Origin: Eledone cirrhosa | Taxonomy: Eukaryota | Direction: 5' to 3' | NCBI GenBank assembly: GCA_964016885.1 | Contig: OZ024748.1 | Span: 1,860,001 to 1,924,000 of the forward strand | Length of the DNA stretch: 64,000 bases | Part shown: positions 51,071 to 64,000 of the stretch, piece after piece | Layout: each line of letters starts with the position of its first letter | Numbering within the stretch: the first letter of the stretch is position 1 | The notes under the pieces: generated by a model | What the model saw: only the letters and a program-made list of their open reading frames with translations | Databases searched by the model: none | What the model was told of the DNA's origin: nothing | Translations under genes and position numbers: made by a program

Positions 51071-54000
51071 ACTGTTCATCTCCCACTATCTTTCCCTCAT
51101 CTCTTTCCTTCATCTTCTGTCTATCTATTTATCCATCACCCCTCACTCTCTTTCCATATATCTATCCCCTGCCCCTCTCTCTCTCTCTATATATATATAT
51201 ATCTATAGAATGAAGGACAATTTTCCCCAAGACAAACTCTCTTCAGACATTCTGTTTTAAGTACTTTTTATCTGATAACCATCTTTTTATATCATTGTTA
51301 TTATTCAATTTACATATTGATATTAAGGCTGAAGGAATCTCGAGTATAACAACAACAACAATAACAACAACAACAGGCATAGTGAAGTGTGTTTTAATTA
51401 TCTTCCTGTATATGGCCAATGTAAATATCTGAGACTTCTGCAATACTGACTTTAATTAAACATTGCTTGCTGACTCAGTTAAACTATTTCTTCACACTGG
51501 AACTTATTAAAAGTATTTCATTTTCGTGCCGTTGAAAATACATTTGTTTATGTTTGTTTTTTTCTATATAACTATTTTGGCTTTTTAAAATTTTTATTTT
51601 TATTTGAATTGTTTGATTTAAAATATTTATCTTAGGATTTAATTTAATTTTATTTTGTTTCATTTTAAAATGTTTTATATAATTAAAATTTTATTCTATT
51701 AGTCTTTTTTTCTCATAAATTTATATATTTGAATATTGTTGGAGAGGGTAATTGTATTTTTACAGTCGAATGCCCTTTCCTATTGCAAACCACTCGACTG
51801 TCAAGTGGATTCGGAGGTGGAGCTTATTTGCTATCTGAGAAAGGGAAGACTGAGGCAGTAAAAGTTATTTGTCTTGACACAATAGCTGTTGTAAAGTTTG
51901 AACTCTGGAGCATGTGATCAATAGACTAGCAAGCACCCTAACCTCGCATTTTCCCACAACAGTATTATATATAATACAAATAATTCTTTAGAATTGAAAA
52001 TCAATAAGGCAGATAACATGACAGTCTATGTTATGGTGGACATATATTTTATCTATAATATATATCATAGTAAAAGTTGAGGAAATACTTTATAAAGATA
52101 AAATATAGAACTATTCTAGAAATGAAGTTGCGCTGTTGTTGGTGGTGGTTTCAACAGTACTGGTATTGGTGGTGTTTTGTTCTAGCTTAGATTTATGAAA
52201 TATAAGTCTGTTTTTGCTTGAGTTCAGTGCATAGATTCCTACCTATATATCATAGTATATTTGTACCATATGTCTAAAAGAGAAGGCATATATTTTGGCC
52301 CTTCACTCCTGATAGAGCCGTATGGATGCTATAGTGATATATGGCATATTTTGGGCATTTTAAGCCAGGTGGAGCCCACCCAAGGAGAAGGTAACTTGTA
52401 TTGATGAATTCAAATCTAGTGCAGGCATTTCCTGTCTCTGATTAGGGCATTATAATCTACAAACACTTTAAAAGAAAAAGGTTTTGTTATAAAAATGGTT
52501 TTAAATATTTTTCTTTTTCTTTTTTGAAAATTTAGTTCAGGAATCCATAGTAGAGGTATCAAAATATTTAGTAGCTTCGTAGTCACATTCTTGATATTTA
52601 GGACTTCTATCACGTTGCTAAATTAAAAAAATGCTAACATGTTTACTAATGAGCTTTTAGTTGCTTTGTTGAGCAGTTACAGTAGCTATGTATGTGTTCT
52701 TTTATTCACTTCTTTTCTTCAGGAGTATTTCTTACATTTCTGACATTTTCTACATTATTTTACTTCATTTGCACATTCCTAACACACTGGTTTGGTCCTT
52801 CACACATCCTCATGGACTGTGTTCAGTCTTTATCTTTGTTTTCAGTGGTGTTTAGAAGATGAGAAACACACCTATCGTTTTTATTTATTTATTTATTCAT
52901 TTATTTAATTTAATTAATGCAGTAGACAGGATATGTTACCTAGACAACCTAATCAGTATATTATCTAATGGTGTGAATCGTGAATCTGAGCTGAAAGGCA
53001 GCTTGCTGAAGTGTTGCCTTCATTAAGGACAACAATGTCACCTCCCCACCCCACTCCCCACACACAGTTTCTCTCTTTCTCTCTCTCTTTGCAGACTGCA
53101 ACAGGTATGCTGTATATAGGAAATATAAACCATAAATAAACAAAGATTAAAAAAAACTTCCTGGATATACATAGAGAGGAATGAGGCAAATTTGGTGTGC
53201 TTCCAGAGAAACGTGAACCTAGACAGATGAGAGAGAGACCATTAGTTCATGTTTTGTCAACAATGCTGAGGCATAGACTTAAACCATCACCTAGACTAAT
53301 ACCGTGACCAGGTCCTTAGGTAACTTTAGTGGAGTTGACTCTGTTGCAAGATCTCCTTCCCATCTTCCTGCCAGTCTTGCAGGGCCCTATTTTTTCCCCA
53401 CCAGTCTCAAAAGCTCTGAAAAAGCAAGAGTTCTTGGGCCTACCCTTCCCTCTCTGGTTAACAATGCATTCTATCAGTGATTAAGATACTTAACACTCAA
53501 TGACTGAGTCCACCTAGCTGTATGTAGGTACCCCATGGTGATAGAGTTCACTATTCATTGCTTTAATCAGCTTCATCACTGTAGAAATAGCCCTAAATTA
53601 TCTAACATGAACTTCATTTTTTGCAAAAAGGTAAGGTGTATGAGATTTTGCTGCAGTTTGAAATAAAAGACTATAATATACAAGTAGCAATTCTGTTTAG
53701 CATATCAGATATCACACCTGTATTATTAATGTATGAAGGTTGACAATAGACTAGTGTTTCTCATAGAGGTGAGGGTTGGGAGGATTGAAGGGAGAGGGGG
53801 GGGGGGGGGGGTAACCAATTGCCATGTTTAATAAAATTGATATTTTTTTTATAGCCATGATCATTTGATTTTCCATTAATTATTATTAAATTAAGATGGT
53901 TTTTGTAGCTATAATTCTATAATAATTTAATTCTATAATGTCTTTTTATTAATTAAAAGAAGATATCAAAATATTTTACTAATTTTTCAAGTGGGGTCTG

Positions 54001-54185
54001 GTATTTATCAGTTAAGAAACTATTAATACTGTACTGTTTGACCTAACATTAATTTTTAGACAACATATATTTAAAAAAGGTTTATGCAAATATGAAGTCA
54101 ACAGACGTAAAAAAAAGAATTAGTTCGCTTGTAATGTTAGCTTGCTTTTTATAATTCTATTGTTAAATTTTCAATGGACAGTGAT

Positions 54186-54265
54186 ATCTCCAGTAGTAAA
54201 GATACTATAAACATTTGATTAAACAAGCCTGTTTTTATATATTTTCTTCTACTGCTAAATCATTA
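54186..54265 (-). repeat. Third, inverted copy of the 1190-1270 segment
   Basis: atctccagtagtaaagatactataaacatttgattaaacaagcctgttttt is the reverse complement of that block. Confidence 0.65.
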
Positions 54266-54567
54266 CATAACATTCAGAGTTAAATAAATAACTTAAAGTC
54301 CAGATTTAAACTCAGTGTGTATAAATACAATATTTGGGGAGGGTGGGGTGTATGCAAACTGATAATTCAAGGTGAGTATAAAAAGAAGAAATCTTCAAAT
54401 AGCCACATGCCCCTTGCTTTTTGGTTCAGTGTTTTTTTGTATCTTGTATCAACATTTATTCTAAAGGTAAAAGTGGAATCCTTTATTCATTCATAAATGT
54501 GGGAGAAAAAATAAATACTTAAGTGTATATATATATATATGTGTATATATATATATATATACATACA

Positions 54568-54697
54568 CTTATTTTTTAAATTTGTTTTGCAAGATTTCTT
54601 ATCTGAAAATATGTGTTGAAACAGATATTGTTATACTTTGGGGGGATCATGCATGTGTTTTTATCGGCAGCGTGACCCTCCCAAAGTATAATAATAT
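54568..54697 (-). mobile_element. Mini fold-back of the PLE pLTR terminus
   Basis: Arms 54625-54652 / 54670-54697 match the PLE end at 47835-47880 (atattgttatactttgggagggtcatg); tail 54568-54624; TA flanks. Confidence 0.75.
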
Positions 54698-54981
54698 ATA
54701 TATATATATATATCCATGTTTGAAAATATTTAAGTAACAATGTATAACTCAGAGAGCATAAATATTATAATAATACAGAAGACCAAAATAGTTAATATTA
54801 TTTCATTTTTAATTAACAAACATTTCATCCATATTTTGAGTAGAATCATAAATAATTATTATTTAATTAATTAAATAAAACAAAAAATTGGAATCATCAG
54901 AACTATTAAAATGATAAAATATACATCAATTGTTACCTCGTAAAATACATTTTAAAGTCAATATTAGGACTGTGCTAATAT

Positions 54982-55879
54982 TATGTCTCATACCAGACAA
55001 TAGCTTACAATATATTATATAACAGACTACAGCTGACTATATGTCATATACCAGACTACAGCTGACTATATGTCATATACCAGACTACAGCTGACTGTCA
55101 TATACCAGACTACAGCTGATTGTCATATACCAGACTACAGCTGATTGTCATATACCAGACTACAGCTGATTGTCATATACCAGACTACAGCTGATTGTCA
55201 TATACCAGACTACAGCTGACTGTCATATACCAGACTACAGCTGACTGTCATATACCAGACTACAGCTGATTGTCATATACCAGACTACAGCTGACTATAT
55301 GTCATATACCAGACTACAGCTGACGATATGTCATATACCAGACTACAGCTGACGATATGTCATATACCAGACTACAGCTGACGATATGTCATATACCAGA
55401 CTACAGCTGACGATATGTCATATACCAGACTACAGCTGACGATATGTCATATACCAGACTACAGCTGACGATATGTCATATACCAGACTACAGCTGACGA
55501 TATGTCATATACCAGACTACAGCTGACGATATGTCATATACCAGACTACAGCTGACGATATGTCATATACCAGACTACAGCTGACGATATGTCATATACC
55601 AGACTACAGCTGACTATATGTCATATACCAGACTACAGCTGACTATATGTCATATACCAGACTACAGCTGACTATATGTCATATACCAGACTACAGCTGA
55701 CTATATGTCATATACCAGACTACAGCTGACTATATGTCATATACCAGACTACAGCTGACTATATGTCATATACCAGACTACAGCTGACTATATGTCATAT
55801 ACCAGACTACAGCTGACTATATGTCATATACCAGACTACAGCTGACTATATGTCATATACCAGACTACAGCTGACTATG
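54982..55879. repeat. 29-bp minisatellite (~31 copies) with 25-bp deletion variant
   Basis: Unit atgtcatataccagactacagctgactat; variants arranged in blocks. Confidence 0.97.
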
Positions 55880-56564
55880 TTACATTTACGAGACTACTGT
55901 ATTTATGTTTAGTATGCAGAATGTTCCCCTGAGGTATTTTCCATCAGCCATATTGTTGATAAGAAGTTTCATCTAATCCAAAGAGTTTATTTTCCTCAGT
56001 CTGCTGTGTATCAATTACTTATTCAAAACAGAACCAGAAAGAACTCATATATATAATTGGCTATGGTGTGTAGGTGTGTGGTGGTGTGTGTGTATGTGTG
56101 TCTACGTGAGAGAAATAGATTGTATGTGTGTGTGTGTGTGCACGTGAGAGAGAGAGAAGAGATATAGATGTGTGTATGTGAGAGAGAGAGAGATGTATAT
56201 ATATATATGTATATATAGAGAGAGAGATCGGACCAATAAGACAGAAGCTGCTAGTGAAATGCTGTTAATGGAAGAGAAGAGCATTAGAGAAGGAATGTAG
56301 TAACTAATGAGAAATAAATATTAAGGGATAATAAAATTGTTATTGAGCTAGGAGAGGGGGAGAGATATGTATAACAACGTTTGTAAGGTTGTTATGTTTA
56401 CATGTTGTTTTTTAACCAATTAACTGTCTGTTTGAAACCCAATCAGTAACGGTTAACTGAACCTCATCATACATTTATTTATTTTATTAGTCTGTCACAG
56501 TTGTAATTACATTTTCATTCCGTTTAAGATATTATAATAATAATAATGATAATAGTAATAATAA

Positions 56565-56740
56565 TGGTTTTTGGAAATTTTTGAGAGAGGCGAAAGTCGA
56601 TTAAATCGACCCCAGTCCATTATTGGTGCTTTGTTTTATCGACCCCGTAAGGATGAAAGGCAAAGTTAACTTTAGTGGGATTTGTACTCAGAATGTAAAG
56701 GCCATAACAATATGCTGCAAAGTATGTTGACTGATATTCT
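56565..56740 (-). mobile_element. Meta-domain-like SINE
   Basis: ttttatcgaccccgtaaggatgaaaggcaaagttaac..gggatttgtactcagaatgtaaag. Confidence 0.75.
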
Positions 56741-56759
56741 ATAGTGACCTCAAGAGCCC

Positions 56760-57560
56760 AAGATATTGGGAACAATATAAGGACAAAAACAATTCAGAGT
56801 AGGTTTACACCGAGTAAAGGAAAGGGGACAGAACTGAAGAGAAAATAGTAGGAATAACAAGAACAAATGTCAACAAGAACAAGTTCCTCAATAGTAGGGA
56901 GAATTGCACTTTAGAGTAATTCCAGGGTGAAACCTGGGCTACTTGAAAGTGCCCTTACTCAGTTTCTTTCCCCCTACTTAGAAAAGTGTAGAGTTTGGCC
57001 CATTCAGCCTCATCAATCTCATTGCTCTCACCCATCTTTCATAAGGCAGCCCCTCCCTCTCTACCCTCTACTCCCTCTTCACATGGAACTTGAAGATGTT
57101 GATGAGGCCCAGTGATTCCTGTCATCAATCATTTTAGGCAAGTCCGCAACACAGCTTCCTTTGCCATAGCTACCAGACAGAGGAAGACTTGCTATGCCCC
57201 CCCCCCCCCGCCGTTCACTGTAGACCCAGCTGATAGTAGGATCTCTCCTTCACATAATAGCAATAGCTTGATACAGGCCCACAACTGTTCAATGCACGGG
57301 CAATTGGTGATAGCATGCAAGATGGCTTCATCGCCCTGCATACATTTCAGAGAAGTCTGGCTGATGGCACTTCCATGCCTGTAGAGCTTGTCTTGAATTT
57401 GTAGAGCTCCTCTGTAGAACTGCCATACCAAGGGTTTTTGAAAATTGTCCATAATCCCTGACCTGAACGTCCTCCAGAAGAGCCTCTTCTGTCTGTCCTT
57501 GTCAATGCTCAGAGATTCTCCCAGACCATCATCGCTCATACTAACCTTCTATAGAAGATT
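56760..57560 (-). mobile_element. Decayed L1/Tx1-type LINE 3' fragment
   Basis: W..YRGAL...DKL.RHG...S..(C)..C...DE...HA...C...LW resembles the C-terminal zinc-knuckle (zf-RVT) region; T-rich 3' UTR on the minus strand. Confidence 0.7.
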
Positions 57561-58689
57561 TTTTTTTCTCTCTCTCAGCAATTTTTAGCGTTTGTGTGTC
57601 TCCTAAAGGCAACCTGGATACACACAAAAGGTATCCTCATGTATATTTATGATAATCGTTTGTTGATGTGTACCATAAAACACAATAACCATTGAACATA
57701 TGGTGGTTATTAATTTTTTTTTTTTTTTTGTAAAAGCTATTTGCTGATTGGCTGTCATTTTTCAAATGTAAGGGAAAGAAGCAAGTGAAGAGGTGGAAAA
57801 TGACATATACAATGCTAGTCTTAAAACAATTTGGGATTGGCTTCTGTGAGATTTATATCTTTCCCAAGGACATTAATAACAATGTAGATAGCATGAAATA
57901 GCTTTAATTGTATATTAAAAATATGCCATGAAATACCTTACTCAGAGCTAATTTCTATACCATTTGTTATTTGTATACTCCTATAGTAAAAGTTAGTTTT
58001 ATAGGGCTATATTAAATAGTTACATGAAATACTGTTTCTTGACTATATATATATATATATATACATGTCTGACTGGCTGATAATATTTAATCAAAATATA
58101 CTCTACTGTCCATTTTATATTCAACATATCTTGTGTTCTACTATTTCCATAATAACATGTATTAATTATTGTTCTTTTTTTTGTATATTTTATTGTTTTT
58201 TGGGGGAAGGAGGGATCTCTATATAAAAATGAATATTTCCAGATATCAAATAAATGAAAGAAAAAATAAACAAGTAACAAAAAAAAACAAAAAAAAACAG
58301 AAATAAAACAAAAAACAACAAAAATATAAAAAATTGTCTTCGTACTGTAAAGGGATTTGAACAAAGATGACCCTATTTATAAGACTATAATAAAACCATA
58401 ATTAATAATTCTTAATGTAATTTCTGTTGTTTCCCAAATGAGATAACATGAATCAATAGCATGGCTAGAGAGTTGATGGTTAGTGGCTGACTTAAATTAT
58501 TAGAGATGTCAAAAATAAATATGGTAGGGTCTCAGAAATGTAACACACTGAGCTGACAAACTTTCAATCAACAGAAATTATATAAGCAATTAGTAGAGAA
58601 AAACTCCCTCTACTGAACATGAGAGATAACTCTCATATTCTCAGTTGATCTAAATATTTCGGACAATGTAGATATGTACATTGGAGTGG

Positions 58690-58840
58690 GTAGCGGTAGC
58701 AAAATGAGTAGAGTTGTTAAAATGCTTTATGGCATTCGTTCTGACTCTCTGCTCTCTGAGTTCAAATCCTGCTGAGGTCAATTTTACCTTTCATCCCTTT
58801 GTGGTCGATAAAATAAGCACCAGTATAGTACTGGAGTATT
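58690..58840 (+). mobile_element. Meta-domain-like SINE
   Basis: ctgagttcaaatcctgctgaggtcaattttacctttcatccctttgtggtcgataaaataagcaccagt. Confidence 0.75.
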
Positions 58841-59320
58841 TACTTCTCTATATCTCCTTTTCACTTTCTCTTGACTTCTCTTGAAGAAATTAGTTATGTT
58901 CAGACCTGGAGAAAGGATGAGTTCCACCAGGACCTGATATATGTCACTACAGCATCCCCATGACTCCATCATATATTGGAATGGATCTTGTCCATAATGA
59001 TAATGTACATTAGTATAGATTTGATGAAAGCAATTAAATGTTCATCTTGCTTGAGAATTACAAAATATCATGATACATATTATAATTCCTTTATTGTCAC
59101 TGTTATTCTGATATAACATTAACTGAGAAACTTAGTAAACCAATGAATTCTGAGAAGTTTATAGCACAATATGGCTGCTACAACTGGAATCTGAGTTTAA
59201 ATATGATTAATTTTGAAGAAGAGATGGGCATTGAATTTAACACTTGCTGAAAACCCAACCAGTAAGCCAAGCATTGCTATCAGCTTAATATTGCTGTCTT
59301 TAATGGAAAATAAATGCACA

Positions 59321-59583
59321 TTAACCCTATTGTTACCATATTTCTAATGAAAGACATTGCACAAGGTTTTCAAATTATTTTGAAAATAATCAAGATTTTG
59401 TAAGGGTTTAGTAATCTAACTAACTTTATTATTATTTATTCAGTGTTTGGAGCATAGCTTAACAAACATTCTTACAAAAAAATAAGATGGAATGTTTAAT
59501 TTTAAATATAAATATTTTAAAACAAATAGTTTTCATCATATAATTAGAGGCAGTTTCTGGCAGGTTGGTATCAAAAAGGTTAA
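59321..59583 (+). mobile_element. piggyBac-like MITE
   Basis: TTAA ccctattgttacc ... ggtatcaaaaagg TTAA; homologous to 60253-60509. Confidence 0.75.
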
Positions 59584-60252
59584 TGTAACTGTTTCAGTGA
59601 CATATTGAATAAGATTGTTACTACCTTTTAGTTGAGAAATAAACTGCTTTTAAAAAACATTTAAGAATAAGACACTCAGTGATGATCAGAGATAAAGCTG
59701 ATCAAATTGTTTTTTTTAACGTGGTCTAGATCATCATCATTTACATTCCCTGTTACCAAAGTTTAGACAGGTCTTCAATAGGCTAAGCTGGTACTCTTGT
59801 GGAGCTACTGACCTCTCACATGAACCAGGGGCCTGTATCCCTTTTATATACATACCCACACAGTAACATGTGCTGAGATGGATTGGTGGGTCACACCTCA
59901 TTTACATAAAATCCTATGCTCTACCAAGTGCAGTTTTTTTTTGTAGAACTAGCACTTCCAATTCTCTCTTTGGCAGGTTTTCTATGACTGGATGTCATTC
60001 TTAGATATAAATATTAAAATGTTTTATCTCTAAGACAAATCTTGAAAATCATAATTATATCTACAGCAATAACTCATCTCAGACACAGTTTAAATATTCT
60101 AAAATTGAACGTCATATGAGATCTTGCATCCTTCCAGCCTAGGAATATATAAATGTGTAGAAATAAGTTACTTGATTACAATCTTAAAATGGACAGATAA
60201 AACTGTGTTAAATGTAAAAACATTAAAACCTGAAAATAATAATTAAGAAATT

Positions 60253-60509
60253 TTAACCCCTTTGTTATCATAGATTTAATGAAACACTATTGATGTGTTT
60301 CAATTATTTTTTCGAAATAATCAAAGATATGTAGGAAATCATTAAAATAACTTTCTCATTAAGCTGATGCTTAGAACATTACTTGACAAACATTTCTTAA
60401 ATAAAATTATGATGGAAGCTTTTAACATAAGTATGAACCCTTTAAACGTGAGCAGTTTGCTATCATAGAACCAATGTGTCTTCCACTGGGTTGATATCAA
60501 AAGGGTTAA
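60253..60509 (+). mobile_element. piggyBac-like MITE
   Basis: TTAA cccctttgttatc ... gatatcaaaaggg TTAA (TIR match 11/13). Confidence 0.8.
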
Positions 60510-61599
60510 GTTATTCCGCTCTAATAACTTATGTTCCAGTTATCTAAATACTTTCTCCGTCAAACCACAATATCTATAAACTATTATGTTATATAGCAAA
60601 ATAGTTTGAATCTGAAGAGGAGATAATGAAATATAATCATGTATCTGTGTTTTGTTGTATGTATTCTTTGTAATATTTTTTTATACATACATGTATTTAT
60701 GTCTAGTTGTATTTACATATGCATCCATTTATGTGCATGTGTGTATGAAGTATCATTGGATGCAGATAAAATTATGGTTCTAAAACTTTCCCCAAAGTTT
60801 GCTGTGTATAATCAGGTCAGTAACATTATTGATCTTATCAGATATAGAAACATTATTTACTTAGATGGGATGGAAATCACATTATGATTGTAAACACTCC
60901 AACAATAATAGCCCTAAGAATATGTATAATATTAACTCTCCTTCCCCATTCATAGATTTTATGACAAGAAACATATATTGTTTGACATGAAAAGAATTTG
61001 TTCCATCAGCTTTCTCTTCAACAAAATGGTCAGCATGCCACCTTATACTGAAACTAACATAAAGGCAGAATTCACATTAGCTAGATTTGAATTTTGTAAC
61101 ATGATTTCAGAATACATTAATCAACAAAAAATGAGGAAGACCTTTCACCTCAACATTGGCAATAAAAGTAGGTTGACTAACTTAACAAAATAGATTAAAG
61201 ATATGGTAATTGTATACTTTCCTATGTTTTCCTACTGATAAGTCTGGTGGGATGTATTTGTAAACAGCCTGTCAAAATTATATCAATAGCATGCAACTGT
61301 ACATTAAAGATACAAGTGATGTGGCTTCATTTAATATATGAAAATAATGAGAGACTTCTAAATACTCATATGAGAATGTAGGGTAGCATCTTATAGTGGA
61401 AGGAATCAATAACAATTGACTTCCAAATAAGAAATAAGGATGTCTAAACTAGGTAAAGTGACTCCAGTATTTAACTAGGGTTTTATTTTATCGACCCAAG
61501 AAGGAAGAAAAGAAAAATTGACCTCAGGGTATTATGTGCTCAATCAGAGTTGACTTGGGGTTAAACAACATTAATGACCCTAGTGTAAATGGCTTGTAT

Positions 61600-61621
61600 A
61601 GTGTGTATGTATATATATATA

Positions 61622-61656
<35 letters not shown>

Positions 61657-61876
61657 GTGTGGGTATTATATATATATGTGTATATATATATATATATGTG
61701 TGTGTGTATATATATATATGTGTGTATATATATATATGTGTGTATATATATATATGTGTGTGTATATTATATATATGTGTGTGTGTATATTATATATATG
61801 TGTGTGTATAAATATATGTGTGTATATATATATATGTGTGTATATATATATGTGTATATATATATGTGTGTATATA

Positions 61877-61919
<43 letters not shown>

Positions 61920-62045
61920 ATATATATATATGTATATATATGTATATATATGTATATATATATATATATATGTATATATATGTATATATATATATATATG
62001 TATATATGTATATATATGTATATATATATATATACACACATACAC

Positions 62046-62078
<33 letters not shown>

Positions 62079-62131
62079 CATATATATATACATATATATA
62101 TATAAATACATATATATATATATATAAATAC

Positions 62132-62164
<33 letters not shown>

Positions 62165-62169
62165 AATAC

Positions 62170-62252
<83 letters not shown>

Positions 62253-62293
62253 CATATATACATATATATATATACATATGTATATATATATAT
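61600..62293. repeat. Compound (TA)/(TG)/(CA) microsatellite
   Basis: Direct reading. Confidence 0.95.
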
Positions 62294-62789
62294 AGAAAGG
62301 ATGAATATAAAATGAAAGTGCTTTTTTTAAAAAGGAATTTATTAGGTATTGACATATGTTTCTGTAACAGACGGAATACCTATGTATCGCTGCTTGCGTA
62401 ATCATATAATGTTAGCAAGTATTCGATAGCAAATGTATAATCAGTTGTCACTTCTTCAGAGATTTTGGATAAATTGGATAAAATCAGAAAAATTGAAGTA
62501 TTTATATTAGTAATAGAGGAAGAAAAAGAGGGGATAGTATATGACAGATGGTAAATCAAATTACTGCTAAACAAGTATATAATGGGTTTCTAATGAGAAT
62601 ACCATGAGTAAATGGTTCATTTTATCTAAATAAGAATTTTTGGGAGTGCCAATTTTAATCTCTACTTGACCAATTGGACAGTGGACAGGGCTGGTCATTT
62701 GGTGTAGTAGTATTAATTATAAAGTGTCAATTGGGGAAGGGAGAGATTTCGATTGCTACTGAATAACATCAATGCTAGTAGCCAGCTGG

Positions 62790-63795
<1,006 letters not shown>

Positions 63796-64000
63796 TAACA
63801 GAAGGGAGAGCTCTTCATTCAATGAAAGCAACCTCCTTAGTGCTGGTGCCACAATAAAATGCACCCGGTACTCTCTGTAAAGTAGTGTAAAGTAATTGGT
63901 GTTAGGATGGGCTTTCAGGCATAGAATCGAAGCGAAAGGGTTGAAAGGACCATTCAGTCAGGACATGTCAACTTCTCTAGTACATGCTGTAAGTTGCATT

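Noticed and set aside
51207-51253. Minus-strand CTGAAGA...GAAA...GTC
   Set aside because: Stem II cannot form and stem I needs a 3-nt bulge at the cleavage site.
46465-51260. Long ORFs of 350-490 aa (YI/CM/HT-rich), also at 12.3, 17-19 and 61.5-63.8 kb
   Set aside because: Translations of (TA)/(TG)/(CA) microsatellites that happen to lack stops.
53752-54023. Possible hAT MITE (tagtgtttctca ... taagaaacta)
   Set aside because: The right terminus is too degenerate and there is no convincing TSD.
55320-55590. CTGACGA repeated in the 29-bp minisatellite
   Set aside because: No GAAA or stems; a chance variant of the unit.

Overview
AT-rich, repeat-saturated eukaryotic intronic or intergenic DNA. 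The (TA)n/(CA)n density, tRNA-derived SINE types and RTE LINEs suggest a cephalopod (Octopus-like) genome, which is an inference. No host gene can be firmly called; one 35-nt candidate first coding exon lies at 40006-40040. Nearly all listed ORFs are microsatellite artefacts. The real coding remnants are retroelements: a 650-aa intact but 5'-truncated RTE RT ORF with a PHD-type C4HC3 finger inside the RT, other RTE, CR1-like and L1/Tx1-like fragments, and a Penelope-like element (RT end + CxxxxCxxC linker + GIY-YIG) with a hammerhead ribozyme in its 3' pLTR. There are also hAT-like and piggyBac-like MITEs and several minisatellites (41 bp x ~90, 29 bp x ~31). The most notable signal is a set of about ten hammerhead-ribozyme motifs in several short non-coding families. 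Two carry a compensatory U3-A8 core and one family has a full stem III and extended stem II. Most lie in head-to-head fold-back insertions (inverted short arm + arm with a 3' tail) embedded in (TA)n tracts. All structures were read by eye and were not computed.
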